NCBI GenBank assembly: GCA_017499595.2
Contig: CM038998.1
Coordinates: 1,116,001 to 1,180,000 of the forward strand
Source of the DNA: Psilocybe cubensis
Taxonomy: Eukaryota
Length of the DNA stretch: 64,000 bases
Direction: 5' to 3'
Positions 50,930 to 63,693 of the stretch are shown one piece after another (position 1 is the stretch's first letter; every line of letters begins with the position of its first letter). The position numbers were made by a program, and so were the translations under genes. The notes beneath the pieces were generated by a model that saw nothing but the letters and a program-made list of their open reading frames with translations, did no database searches and was not told where the DNA came from.

Positions 50930-53314
50930 ATGTCTTTGCCTCCGGGTTCAACAGATGAAATAAAAGCGGGTGATGTTCAAGTAGGCACCTTTCGCTTTTG
51001 TTCCGCTCAATTCATCGTCACTTCATCCGCAATGTTAGAACCCTCAAAAACAATCTCTGCCAACTCTCAGGATACCTGGAGTCACCAAACCATACAGAAG
51101 GAAAAACTTATGTCCTCCGAGCGGCTACTTAGCAGGTACCTGAGGTTCTCAAACATCTCTAAAGAATCTTTGGCAGAGATACATCGGAATGTCAAAAATG
51201 TCAGGGACGATTTGCGGTACCATTCCTTCTGGGACGATACATGGGGCCGCCGCGTCTTCCGGGGAAAGGTAGCTTCTCTAGAAGAAATTCAAGGCTTTTT
51301 ATATGCCTCACCTCTTTGGGATAAAAAAACGGAACGATGGCGATATATACCCCATGAGCCGGATTCTGAGCAAGATCTTCACATACCCTTTGTCGAGTTG
51401 ATTAGCACGGTTCTAGGCTACTTTGGAGATTTTGAAAATAGGTCTGTTCATCTGACTCACAAGGACATTGTGTTCGACCCAACTACAAGTGAGGAACAGG
51501 AGCTATTTAAACTTGTGCCCGACATTACCATCATGGGCACAGGAGCGAATTTCTCCTCAAGTGGGACACCGGGCTCTGGGATCCTATCTTCGGCATATGT
51601 TAATTGTGTGTCACCGATAGAGGTCAGCACATCTCAGCGAACCTCCCAAGACTTCGAACACTATCTGGTTCAGATGGGCCATTATGCTAGGTACTTTCCC
51701 ATTTCATTTCACGACAATCTAAAGCTGATGTATTTCTCTAGGCAATGCTTCATAGAACAGGACAACAGGAAATTTGTTTACACCCTTCTTCTCAACGAAC
51801 GCTACGTCCATATTTGCACCTTCGATCGCAGTGGATCTCATTCTAGTTCTGCCATTGATATACACCTGAAACCTCGTCTACTGGTTCGCCTAATCCTAGG
51901 TATATGTTCTCCGAATGACTCTGTGGTTGGATTTGACACCGATGTGTTCTGGAATACGGATAAAACGAGGCGCTTCATTGCTACGGTTGATCAAAACGAG
52001 GAGCAAGTGTGCTATGAGCTTGTCGACACTCGCCCGGTCTTTAGCTCTCGTTCTTTGCGTGGTGTTGGAACTCGCTTCTGGTCAGCTAAAGACGCCAATG
52101 GGAAGAAGTTGCTTATCAAAGATTCTTGGCACACAAAGGGGAACATCCCGGAGGAAGGCTTCCTGGAAGCAGCAGAGGAATTTGTGGCCGTGGGATCGAT
52201 GGTCGCATCTCAGCAAGGTGACCTTGTATCGAGCATACGAGACTTTGCCCGTGATGCAATTCCCTCCCATCCAGAGAATGTTTTTTGGGATCGAGTTTTC
52301 AGTAGGACAACCTTTGAAGACGGTAGTACACTGCTCTGCAAAATCTCCACCAGTCGGGATTTTCTGTTAAATGTCCGTAACGTTATTGAAGGTTTGTGGT
52401 TTACTCAATTTTGTTGTAGCTATTGGGTATTCACTTTTTTTACATTCGTCAGGTAACCAAAGTTTATGGGAGGGTGGTCTTCTATATCGTCGCGTCAACC
52501 TCAACAACTTCATTGTGGGGGAAAAGGAAAACCCGGCAGGTGAACCAGGGATGATCGACATGAATTTATCCTTTTGGTTGAATCGTTCTACGAGTCTGCT
52601 CGGGGTACAAGTCAGAGCCGTAAGTGATGCTTCGACGTGTTGAACGGTTGTGAACTAACTGCTTTGCAGGGGAGTCCTGCATTTCTTTCGATCAATGAAC
52701 TCATGAATGGGGATCAAGAAAAAGGTTTCAACAAGCATGACCACATAGATGACATAGAGTCAATTTTCTATGCTCTTTGCTGGGTAACTATCGGTAATGT
52801 CAATCTACAAGATGAGGTTTCGCCCTTTCCAAGTTGTCTCAATGATTGGGGCGATTCCGACCTTAAAATCGCGGCTTACAGCAAACAAGCGGTCTTACTT
52901 CTTGATGAATTTCTGCCCGCTCGACAGGTGACTTCTTTCTTTGGGCCGGTCTTTCAACATCTACTGCGTCAAATTCATACGTTTCTGAGACCACGAATTG
53001 CTCGCAAGCTGATTTCTGCGAACTTCGACATTGTGCAGCCCGTGATATCTACTGCTGTTGTTGACTATGCCACTATTCTTGGATTCATCGACGAGGCTCT
53101 GGAGGAACTATGCATCTTGGATGAAAGGCGACCAGAAATGGTTCAACCACAGGTGGACACTTCTTATGTATCCGCCACCGTTGTATCGACTTCTCGAAAA
53201 AGGTCCGCTTTGGAACTGGGTCGATTTTCCGAGGCCAGAGCCATTGGAAAGAAAAGGCCTAAGATATATGCGAATGGTAGCCCATCTTCTCTCCCTCAGC
53301 AACGTCGATGTTGA
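50930..53314 (+). CDS. Full-length FunK1-family protein with degenerate catalytic loop (probable pseudokinase)
   Basis: QMGHYA|RQCFIEQDNRKFV, FDRSG, GFDTDV, GVGTRFW, LIKDSW, LLYRRVNLNNF (HRD lost), IDMNLS, HDHIDDIESIFYALCW. Confidence 0.8.
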
Positions 53315-53596
53315 TGAGTGGAGGATTCTTTTGTTATCATTCTTACTTTACTCCGAGGCCTACTTCCATTTTCTTCCATCTTATTTGTATCTTGGGTTTT
53401 GTTTTCAGGAACACGATTATTTGTAAAAGCCATTGGCAGTGTTGTATTTTTATGATAGTTGTTAGTATTCATTATTTTGTGTAATCCGTAGCTCTCATCT
53501 TTTTCCCATCTCTCGTCGAATTCAATAGGAGCGGTTTTCAATCTCCGCTCGAACAAACTTGACAACATTCGAGATAACCGAACTCATACCAAAAGA

Positions 53597-53878
53597 ATGT
53601 CTGGAACAGAATCGCGTTCAAATCTTCCTCCACCTCGGAATCGAACTCTTCTTCAATCTTGGACAGGCAAGAAACTTCAAATAATCTTGTTTGTGTTGAG
53701 AGGTGCTGAATATAACGGATGTGTAGCAATTCCAGCAAAATCGCGCCTTCTTCTTTCCCTTGGTGTTTGCACCTTCGCTGTAGTCGGACTTGCTGTTTCG
53801 GACTATTATGAAAGTACACTTATAGCAGCACAAAAAGAGAAGTCGCAGTCAAGTGCCCGTACCGGTTCCTCTCTTTGA
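53597..53878 (+). CDS. Small single-TM hypothetical protein (~73 aa if the in-frame GC-AG intron 53667-53726 is spliced)
   Basis: MSGTESRSNLPPPRNRTLLQSWT|AIPAKSRLLLSLGVCTFAVVGLAVSDYYE..; hydrophobic helix; intron has a CTGAA branch-like site and TAG acceptor. Confidence 0.55.
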   Translation: MSGTESRSNLPPPRNRTLLQSWTGKKLQIILFVLRGAEYNGCVAIPAKSRLLLSLGVCTFAVVGLAVSDYYESTLIAAQKEKSQSSARTGSSL

Positions 53879-54088
53879 TTCCGCAGAAAATGTGTTTATG
53901 TCGGAATATGAAGTAACAATGAATACATTGTGAGTTCTTAACAAAAGTAGACTGCTGGATGATACCCAAGACCTGCAAAGTCTAGACCTATATCTCAAAA
54001 AAACTGTACGCAATAATACCAATGGGTGTGAAGATATACAACCAGATAATATTGGTGCTTTCCGGAAGATCACCATCCGTATGTCGCT

Positions 54089-54838
54089 TCAGGCGAAGCT
54101 GTTTTTTTTTTCACCTTCGAGACTCGCAAATGGACGCGCTTTTTCTTTTTCTTTCACAATCGATTCCAGTGATGCCAGTGTTGGGTATCGGTGCCCATCT
54201 TCATTAGCCAACTGGAACTCCCAGCTCCTCTTTTCCCAGTCTGGTATCATTGTCTCCCCGCCGTAGCCCATCTTTCGTCGTTTCCCACATATTGCTGCAC
54301 GCACAAATCCCCACCACGCGTCAAAAAAGGAGATCGCCATTGCAAGGACCGCGAGGAACGTGATGGTGATCACCGCTATTCCGATGACTTTCCACTGCTT
54401 TAGCTCGGCTGGTGGTGTCGTCGACGCGTCTTCCAGTACGCCTGGGGCATATGAGGTTATACTCAGGGATGTGGATGAGGATTCGGGTGCAGACTCTACT
54501 GAAGGGAATGTGGTACTGGCTGAAGCTTGTGAAGACGTGGCTTCAACACTATGCTCTGAAGCCCCGCTCGCCACTGTGCTTGCCGCTGTCATTTTAACGC
54601 GCGTGGGGGATGCACGTGTCTCAATGGCGGCGGTGGTCGTAGTTGGAACTGGAGTAGCAGCGGTTGATGTGACTGTTGGAGTGATGATATTTGCGTTAGC
54701 GGGGACATTCGCGTCGTCCCCAAGCAATCCTAATAGATCTCGTGTATCGCGCAGGGCGGTTCGTTGATATTCGACAGGGCGAGAAGTGACTAACCCTGCA
54801 AAAACATGGAAATAGCATATCCACACTGGTAGTCTCAT
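54089..54838 (-). CDS. Type I membrane protein with signal peptide and Ser/Thr-rich ectodomain (cell-surface sensor-like)
   Basis: Signal MRLPVWICYFHVFAGLVTS, S/T/P/A-rich stalk, TM VIGIAVITITFLAVLAMAISFF, basic KRRK, cytosolic tail PDWEKRSWE..GHRYPT. Confidence 0.75.
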   Translation of the reverse strand: MRLPVWICYFHVFAGLVTSRPVEYQRTALRDTRDLLGLLGDDANVPANANIITPTVTSTAATPVPTTTTAAIETRASPTRVKMTAASTVASGASEHSVEATSSQASASTTFPSVESAPESSSTSLSITSYAPGVLEDASTTPPAELKQWKVIGIAVITITFLAVLAMAISFFDAWWGFVRAAICGKRRKMGYGGETMIPDWEKRSWEFQLANEDGHRYPTLASLESIVKEKEKARPFASLEGEKKNSFA

Positions 54839-55340
54839 GCTAGGAGGTTAAAGTACATATGTGAGAGCGAGCTGCCAGCTTGACGTGCAGGACGATCGAT
54901 CAAGTACCCCTTTAGGCCTCCGTGCGCGTCGTCTACACTCTCCCATCCACTTTAATCTGCGATTTGGCTTCTATCCTCCAATGCATAATCTTGCTTATCG
55001 ATCTACGACACTCAGGGCAAATATTGTAGCACTCACTTTTTCTCTGAATCCAGGGGACTTGGAATTGCGCAAAACAGGGTTTGCTGACGGGCACTCGATC
55101 ATTTTTCTGAGATATTAGGTCTTGTTTCTCCGACTCCGTTGCTCCAAGATCGACAAGGAATGAATGGGTCGGTGGATGTGTATCTGTCTCAGTAGTCTGA
55201 ACCAGTGCGTCATTCCTGAAAGCTGGAAGAAAATTCTGATATAAGTCATCGGTCGATTCGCATTCCTTGAATACCCAACTCAGTCCGTCGCACTCAGTGA
55301 ACAATCATCAAGTCCGCTACCAATTTTGTATTTCAGCATC

Positions 55341-56289
55341 ATGGACAGTTACGGCTCCAAAGGACGTCGAGGTCGGGATAATGACTGTAAGTAGCTTATG
55401 TTCTTCTGCAGTAACTGCCAGTGTCTGACGGAACTCTTTCCCTGGTCCAGACGACTATGACCAATATTCCAACTCGACGAATCAGCCTCGCTCAGGAAAA
55501 GGTAGCACCCAAGGTGGTTATGGTAGCAATCAAGGCTATCAGACCGGATACGGGGGCGATACTCGAAGCAGTCAGGGAGGTTACTCCTCGGGTAATCGAG
55601 GTTCAAGTCACGGAACCTATGGAAGGAGCGACGATCACGAAGATGGCTACTATGGAAGCAGGGACCGAGGCTGGAGCCAGGGCAGTTATGGCAGAGGTAA
55701 TCAAGGCAGTGGCGGGTACGGTGATGACTATTCTGGTGGAGGTTGTGAGTTTTGTATCATCGGTGCTTCAACCTTAGGCTCACGTTCTTTTAGTGAGTGG
55801 GACCCAAGCTGGAGGTGATTATGGCCGCAGGAGCGGCGGCAACTCTGGATTTGGCAGCAGCGGTCAAGGCTTTGGAGGCAGCGGTTCCGGAGGCGGTTAT
55901 TACGATGACTCTGGGAATTGTAAGTCTTTGTGGGATACGCTTAATCTTTACTTACCAAAACATTGCAGACGGAGGATCTACTCAATCCAGCCACAGTAAA
56001 TGTAAGTATAAACGTTTATTCATATTTTGTTCTTTTCCGAGCATTTTTTTAGATGGAAGTCAGCAGTCAAGCGGTCAAGGCTATGGAAGCAATAAATCTC
56101 ATTCGAAGCGTGAGTCTGCATTCATGACTCGCCATTATAATTTTTGACATAAAATTGCTTCGCTTATTTGTAGCAGGCGATAAGGAAAGTCTTCTGGACA
56201 AAGCCAAGGATGTGTACAACGATATCAAAGGTTCTGGATCTGGAAGCAGTGGAAAAAGAGGTGGCGGTGGGCATGACACGATGTATTGA
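55341..56289 (+). CDS. Gly/Ser/Tyr-rich hydrophilic low-complexity protein (hydrophilin/dehydrin-like), ~6 exons
   Basis: MDSYGSKGRRGRDND|..QGGYGSNQGYQTGYGG..|..ESLLDKAKDVYNDIKGSGSGSSGKRGGGGHDTMY*; canonical introns. Confidence 0.7.
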
Positions 56290-56625
56290 AGTGTGCGGGG
56301 GGCAGATGAATCTTTGAGAGGTGGAACATGTGGAGGTGGAGAAGAGTGGTGATTTGATTGAAACGTCTCACAGGCATTAACGTTTGCGATAATCCTGTTG
56401 TACTTGTATCCAATTCTTTGTGTACTATCCTACAGGGCACTAGCTACTGTACCTCGTCCTGTTGTATCTGCTTTGTTTCAATTACACACATTATCCATAT
56501 ATCAGAGTTGATATGTCGGACGCGTGAAATCGCGAATCCCCGGACCAGCCGCATTAGGGAATTCAATTTAAACGCGCAGGCGTGAATATCACGTGAACGA
56601 GACCTCGATCTCTTGAACCTCAATT

Positions 56626-57522
56626 ATGTTTACTGGCCTTGTAAGCCGTTTTGCACACTGACATCGTCGCCCGACAAGGGGAATCTCACTCGATGGTGTA
56701 GATTGAACACAAAGGAACCGTATCATCTGTTATCAAGGATGATGGTGGATGCACCCTGACGATTGCCGATTCCGCTACGATTCTTGGAGACTGTCACATC
56801 GGCGACTCAATTGCAGTAAATGGGGCCTGCTTGACGGTCACCGAGTTTGATACCCAGGCTCAGGGAGGATTCTTCAAAGTTTGGCTAGCCAATGAGACGT
56901 TAGATAGGACAGATCTTGGTGCGTTGTCCATCTCACCCTGTGTAGTTTAAATTTGTTGATTTGATTGTTAGGCGAAAGACAAGTGGGAGACCAAGTCAAC
57001 CTTGAGCGTGCGATGGCTGCACACGTACGATTTGGGGGTCATTTTGTACAGGTACGACTTGCGTTTATCATTTCTCTCGATAGCGGGATTCATTGTTCGG
57101 TTACGCCTATTAAGGCACATGTAGACGGGACAGCAAATGTGGTCAACCGGGTTCCCGACGGTGACTCTCTGCGACTTACCTTCCAGTTACCTGTGCCTAC
57201 GACAGAACGTCCCTCACTCTTGCCATACCTAATTCCAAAAGGATATGTGACCATCGACGGTGCTTCTTTAACTCTAACAGGAGTCAACGATTCTGAAAGG
57301 ACGTTCAGTGTCATGCTGATCAAACATACCCAGGAAATGATTACTCTAAGCGGAAAACCTATAGGAAGCAAAGTAAATATCGAGGTGGACATGGTCGGGA
57401 AATATGTGCAGAAAAGCGTTGTTGCTGCCCTCGGAGGAGGTGAAGATCAGGGGCTAAAGTCATTGATCGAAAAAATTGTAGAGGATACCCTGGTCAAGAA
57501 GGGCGTAGTACCTTCGTCGTAA
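56626..57522 (+). CDS. RIB5: Riboflavin synthase
   Basis: MFTGL|IEHKG, GDSIAVNGACLTV, ETLDRTDL|GE..VNLERAM..RFGGHFVQ|AHVDG, KGYVTIDGASLT, VNIEVDMVGKY. Confidence 0.96.
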
Positions 57523-57746
57523 GGCCTCCGCCGGTCATACTCAGCTGTATGCAGTATGTAGACAGAAATCAGTTGTAAAACACTATATTTGCAAAAACAA
57601 ACCTCTGTATTCTGTATCTTATCACAATTACGGAAGCATGTGAACAATGCAAAGCTCGGTTTGAACGCGAACGTTGATGTCAATTTGCACGCCAGATCGT
57701 TCTTCGGCCAACCTTACACCTTCGTCCTGAACCCCACCTCGTCGAA

Positions 57747-59973
57747 ATGGATTCGGGAACCACTTTTAGACCGAAGGTGCGTTTGCTTTGTTGCCCAACT
57801 TCAGCGAAGACTAATTGGCTGGTCTTTGGTACAGGTCACTGTGAAACTAAACTACGACAAACCATCCACCTCCACAGTACCTCACACCCGGATTCAGGTT
57901 TCAAGACCCCCATCGCCTGCCAAATCATACGTTTCTTCGAGCAATACAGAACTTAACTTTCGCCCGAAGGCTAAAGTTAACAGTAGCGCTACTACACGGA
58001 AGGCCGCAGGCAGCACAATTTCATGTCAGTTGTATTCGAAGCATCGTCTCGTCTGTTTCACTCAATATTCTAGCAGCCAGTACAAGTACTACTCCTCGCG
58101 CCAATTCTCCTACGAAGCTAAACCCGCGTGTCAAAGTTGGTGTCCTGTCACCCACCAATGGAGTCAACAATGGGACGTTGCGATCTCCGACGGCCACTTC
58201 AGCCCCTGCGACTCCCGAGCTACGACGGTCTGCAAAGACACAATCTATATCCTCATTACGTTCAGAAGAACCACGGGCGCGAACGATCAGTACTTCTCTC
58301 CGACATGCCCCCTCAATGGCCAACTTTCGGCAGTCCGCGTCGTCTGTGGTGTCTGGCTCCGGGTCTGTAGTTTCGGGTATTGGGTCCGCCTCAGTATCAC
58401 CTAGACTATTGTCCACCAACTCCGCGGTGGGGGTTGGGGAGCGTTCAAGTTCCCCCACTCCTAAAATCCGTTCAAAGGTGTCCAATCTCGTCAAGTCAGC
58501 TAGCGAATCCTCCGCACGACCACCGTCACCCTCAAGTCCACCCACCGTGAACATTTTGTCATCGACGCGCCTTGCGCCAGCACAACGTACACGTACACCT
58601 TCTGTATCGTCCTCTGTAAATCTAATTAACCAGCAGCATCCGCCTCAGTCTTCAACCAGTCCACCTCAACAGTTTTTCCCTATTACCACTACAGTCCCGG
58701 CTGCTAATCCTCATCGGTTTGCTCCCAGTCGACCACCGGCAGCGCAACGCATAAATTCTTCTCCAGGCCATCATGTTTTCCAGTCGTTCAGTCAACCATC
58801 TTCCACTCCACTTGTAGACCAGTCATCATTATCTTCAAGCAGACCACGGTCGGCAGGAGGGCTGCTAAATGGTAAATCACCCTCAGCCAAGGTTGACCCT
58901 ACATTGATACCATTGCCGCCGCACTCTCCACCGGCCTCTGCGGTCTCATTTTCATCTCGGTCATCCGCGTCACGCTCATCTGCCAATGCCTCACATCTTG
59001 GAGCTGGAGGAGATGCTTCGTTATCTTCTTCGACGGAGAGTGGCAGTGCGCGGAGTCCTGGTGCCAGGTTTCAAGGAAATTCGGAAGGTTTGCGGGCAAC
59101 GCTAGACAATCTCGTGGAATATACATCTGGAGCAAACTCTACGTCGGACGATGACGACAGCGGTTTGGATCGCGACACCGATGGTGAGGGCGCTGAAGAC
59201 AACAACGTGAAGGCAGAAGCTAAGTCGAATCGTAAGGTGCGTAGCAATCTGAGCCTTCATTATCGAGCTACCTTTGATCATCTTTTCAGATTGCAGACTT
59301 GGAAATAACAAACCGGTCCTTGCTCGTCATTAACGCATCTCTCGAGGCGACAAAGCATCGACAAGCCAAGGAAATCCATGAGCTTAAGAAAAAGCTGCGT
59401 GAATCGCGATTGATTCTTCCTCCCCGCACATACCGGTCTTTGAGCTCTCAGGATCCTAAGGAGCTAGAAGATGACGACGATGAATTCGAAGGCTCGGACA
59501 TTGAAGACACCGAAGGGGACGAAATATACAAACGGGTCAAACTCATCCTTGAGACATTGCTAGTATCAGGGAGAACTGCACTCGAAACGCAACCGAAGGA
59601 CTTCCCGGAAGCTGGAAAGGGTGCTGCTAAAGTCCTGTCTCCAGAGGAACAAAGAGACTACCATGGTGAAAATGAACTGGATCAAGATGAACAAGGATCC
59701 AGTTCAAGCACGCCACCCCCTGAACCCGATTCATCAGAGGCGAGTACCCAAAATCACGAACATGGAGGCGCTAATATACCCAACGGAAGTCGCGGAGACA
59801 TGGATGAAGGCGAATACGATACTTCTAATTATAGTGCCGACGGAGACTCAATTGATGATGCAGGCAATGAGACGATTACCTCTGAAGAAGAGGTGGAAGC
59901 GATGACGATATCAGCTCTTTCCCCACCTTCAAGTCCTCCCCCTCCACCTATTCTCATCACACAACCTACATAG
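57747..59973 (+). CDS. Hypothetical Ser/Pro-rich protein with conserved-looking coiled coil and acidic tail, 4 exons
   Basis: MDSGTTFRPK|VTVKLNYDKP..; EAKSNRK|IADLEITNRSLLVINASLEATKHRQAKEIHELKKKLRESRLILPP; introns at 57777, 58025, 59237. Confidence 0.75.
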
Positions 59974-61159
59974 ATGAGAAATATGAGTGACCGTTAACTA
60001 CACGCGGTTGGTCGTCCCGTTGATACCATAGTTTGTTTCATGCGTCGCGCATTAACTAAAATAAATTCATGAACCCGGATATTCTGATACAACCACACAC
60101 CTAGATACCTTTGTTACTTACTTGGAATGTACAATTCACTCCTTTCTCATAGTACTTGTTACTTCTATTGTACATCTTCAGGACACATCTATGTCCTATT
60201 CATTATTGTCATTTGATATAAATTCATTCGATCTCATCGTATATTGGATTATGCAAACCCGTCCCAATCTTTCCTGGTTGTTCTGAATTCATTGACAACA
60301 TGACAATTTTCTTGTATCCAAAGCTAATAACCTCTGGAGACTATGTGATTTATTTATACCCATCAACTGTTTATTCCAGACTTGTGAGACTAACAACACC
60401 AATGACTTCTTTTTTTTTCTAGTACTCTTCCCTTCCCGTACACATGCTTAATTCTCAAATTCTCCATACATCTTCTGTTGCTGCGAAAGTCTAAGGGTTG
60501 ATATTTTCTATGTTGTTAACTTGATGCCGAATGGCGAGGCAAGACAAGGGAACCCGAGCCATCGGCGGTCCTAACTCACAAATTGCTACGTAGACTAAAT
60601 CTCCACTGCGACACAACATCGAAGCAAAGAATGACATAAACTCGTCTGTGTAAATTCTACAGGATGATGACTATTCTTTGGCTGTTTTCCATACTCATGT
60701 ACAAATCTTGCTGGCTTGTAACGCTACTTGCCTGCCACCCGGGACAATAACTTTCCAACTCCAAAATCAGGGCAGTGAGGGCGACGCCCCACACTTACGC
60801 GAGCTCTCGTGCGGATGGTTTGACCCAATGCGCGCCAATTCTATTATACACATTACCAAGTATAGCTTTAATTGGCTCAGAAAAGGTTAGACCGTCTGCC
60901 GATTTGGAAAACGTGTCGTCCATTTCATTTTGGAGCGCTTCTACGAGCCACGATTGCTGTTGCAATAAATGACGATGCTGGTGATAGTGGTTGCATCATT
61001 GGGGCATGAGACAACCTATGTGCGACAAAGTCATGGTCCATTCTGCATGAGGCCAAACCCATAAAACCCATAATTTTTGGGTGAAACACCCAGAGACAAC
61101 TCGACTACTTTTCACCCTTCGATTCCAACTAAATTTGCTAGTACATCTCTTGTTTGGAC

Positions 61160-61822
61160 ATGGCTGACAGTGAGTCGGTCGCGTTCCTCATGCTGCGTTT
61201 TTCTCATCTACTTTCATACAGCTAAGAACCCTGGAAACGTTGCGCGTGGTCTCAAGGCCACTATACACAACGCCAATGTCTCGGAAGAAGCAAAGGAAAA
61301 CGCTGCTCAACGCCTCGCGCAAATGGGAGAAGAAGTTCCGGGTGATTTTTCCTCGGGCGCGCAATCGGGAAACGACACATACAAACCTGATTCCGATGAT
61401 TTGAGTGGAAGTCGAATGCGAGGTATGTTTTATTTTATTCTCCATCGGATCTGTGACAGATTTGTGATATATGTATCTCTTTTCAGGGACTAGATCGTCG
61501 GCGTCGAGTAAGCCTTAATTTTGTACTGTTTGTTCAGGTTCAGCCGTTGAAAAATTGTTGTTAGAGGCCAATGACGAAGGCTTATTTTCACCATCCGAGA
61601 TCGAGACAGATCTTGACTACGCTCAAGGTGAAAGTGTCGGCGAAGACGTCCAGCACGGTGGAGAAACCAACCGTGTCTTGGGAGGATACAAAGCTACTTT
61701 GAAGAGTAAGTCTTGCTCGTTAGGCTCTCGGGACAGTAGTGTTTATATTGTTGCCAGACCCTCGCGTATCGAATCAAGCCAAACAACATGCTCAAGAAAT
61801 GCTGGATGATGCCGAGATCTAA
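61160..61822 (+). CDS. Conidiation protein Con-6 family, copy 1
   Basis: KNPGNVARGLKATIHNANVSEEAKENAAQRL and ETNRVLGGYKATLK|NPRVSNQAKQHAQEML; middle exon boundaries uncertain. Confidence 0.85.
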
Positions 61823-62995
61823 GCCATTGGAAAGCGACCAATCCATATAATGGGATGCAATCTCTCTTGGACATTTTTCCAAGTGTATCGACATTGTTTA
61901 TGTACAAAATATAATTGACGATGTTATTTTGACACGTTGACTGCTTGTATACATCATACGCCTTGTGTTCAAGTTGATGAGTTGTGTGGACATGACATGT
62001 TGAAATGTATTGAGAATGCATATTAAGAGTTTCTAGTGCCGTTTGTTAGTGTAGGCCAATGATCAGTACGTATTTGTCTCTAGATCTGGGATACTTCAAG
62101 TTGAGCGGTCAATTGTCAATCAATGTCCCTTTGAATTTTATCCAGCCACGCCAGCAAGAAAATATAATCAGAGATCCTTCTGTTCAAAGTTTTATCAATT
62201 GGTTTTCTTTGGGTTTTCAACTCTTTCTGTTCACTGCTCGAAAGTGTGCCTAAAAGGGGTCACGCGAAACCGTACACATCAAGTCCAGAAAGGGAAGGTC
62301 GCTGAATGACCGCGATTCTTTCCTTTTTGTTTACAAACAGTCACGACCGCTCATTATAATGCTCATGCCTCTGGACCAAAATGTGTCACCAGTGGTCTTT
62401 AACGTCTGGTTACTACTGTGCAACTCTCAAATGGCAACTTCCCCGTCAATTCTACTAACGGAGAACTTATACTATGTGAACCTCGATAAAACTGGCAAAG
62501 ACGACAGCATGGAGTGCCCAAGGAGTGTCCAATATAATTGCCCCTGAGTCAACTCACAAACAGCAAATTTCGATCGCCGTAAATGAACCCGTTTTGACCT
62601 CCTTCCTGCAGTAATAAATCACTTCTTTGCAATGGAGTAGCAGTCCGTGGACTTCTGCCGCATCTGTTCCAGCCATGCAATACGTTGGGTGGGGCAGCGG
62701 AATAATCATTTTTACGGCTACAATGAATTATTCTTCGATTATGGTAATACCCTTGGTGCTGAACCGGATTTTAGGTCTTTTTTGCTTTACACATCTTTGG
62801 AGCCTGGGGCTTGATGATGACGATGATAATACTTTTGCATCATTGGTGCAGCAAAGGAAGGCTGATGCGCGTCCCTCGACCTTGACCCTGCACGGAAAGT
62901 CATGTATAAAAAGAGTATTTTCTTGCACTGTCTGAGTCCTCAGCTCAACTTGTCACATCAACACATCGATCACACCAATAACTACTCTTTTGAAC

Positions 62996-63693
62996 ATGGC
63001 CGGAAGTGCGTGCTACATCGTTCCACTAGCTGGTTATTCGTTGTTGACTTGAAACTCTAAGCCAATGATAAGAACCAAGACTACGTCACTCGCGGGCTTA
63101 AAGCCGCTATTCACAACGACAACGTCTCCGATGAAGCGAAGAAAAATGCCGCACAGCGCCTCAAGAACATGGGCTCGGAAGTACCCTCTGATTTCAGCTC
63201 AGGTGGTGGCCGATCTGGAGGAACCAACTTTGACGATTCTAGAAGCCTGAATCCTAACCAGGAACGCGGTGCGTTCTTTTGCTCACTAGAAGTGCTGTAA
63301 GATTGAATTTACTAACTGTAACTTTGGGTTTCTGTCAGGTTACAAATCAGTTTTATCGAGTAAGTCACCATATGAATGCTGCGGAAATCCCATTACTGAC
63401 TAATTATATAGGAGACAATACGTCCAACGAAGCAAAGGACCATGCACGGGCGATGCTTGCGGGAGACGAGCCCGGTTACACTGATCACGATGCTGAAGGC
63501 GACGCAGTGGACGTGGAAACCAGCGGTAAAGAGACGAATCGCGTCTTAGGAGGCTACAAGGCAACCTTAAAGAGTATGTTATTTTCACTGCCAATTTCTG
63601 ACCAGTTTGACTAATGTATTTTTTTCAGACCCAAATGTATCTGATCAAGCCAAGCAACACGCCGAGGACGTCTTGCGTGAGGCGTGTGATTAA
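62996..63693 (+). CDS. Conidiation protein Con-6 family, copy 2 (three repeats)
   Basis: KNQDYVTRGLKAAIHNDNVSDEAKKNAAQRL; ER|GYKSVLS|..NTSNEAKDHARAML; ETNRVLGGYKATLK|NPNVSDQAKQHAEDVL; exact end uncertain. Confidence 0.85.
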
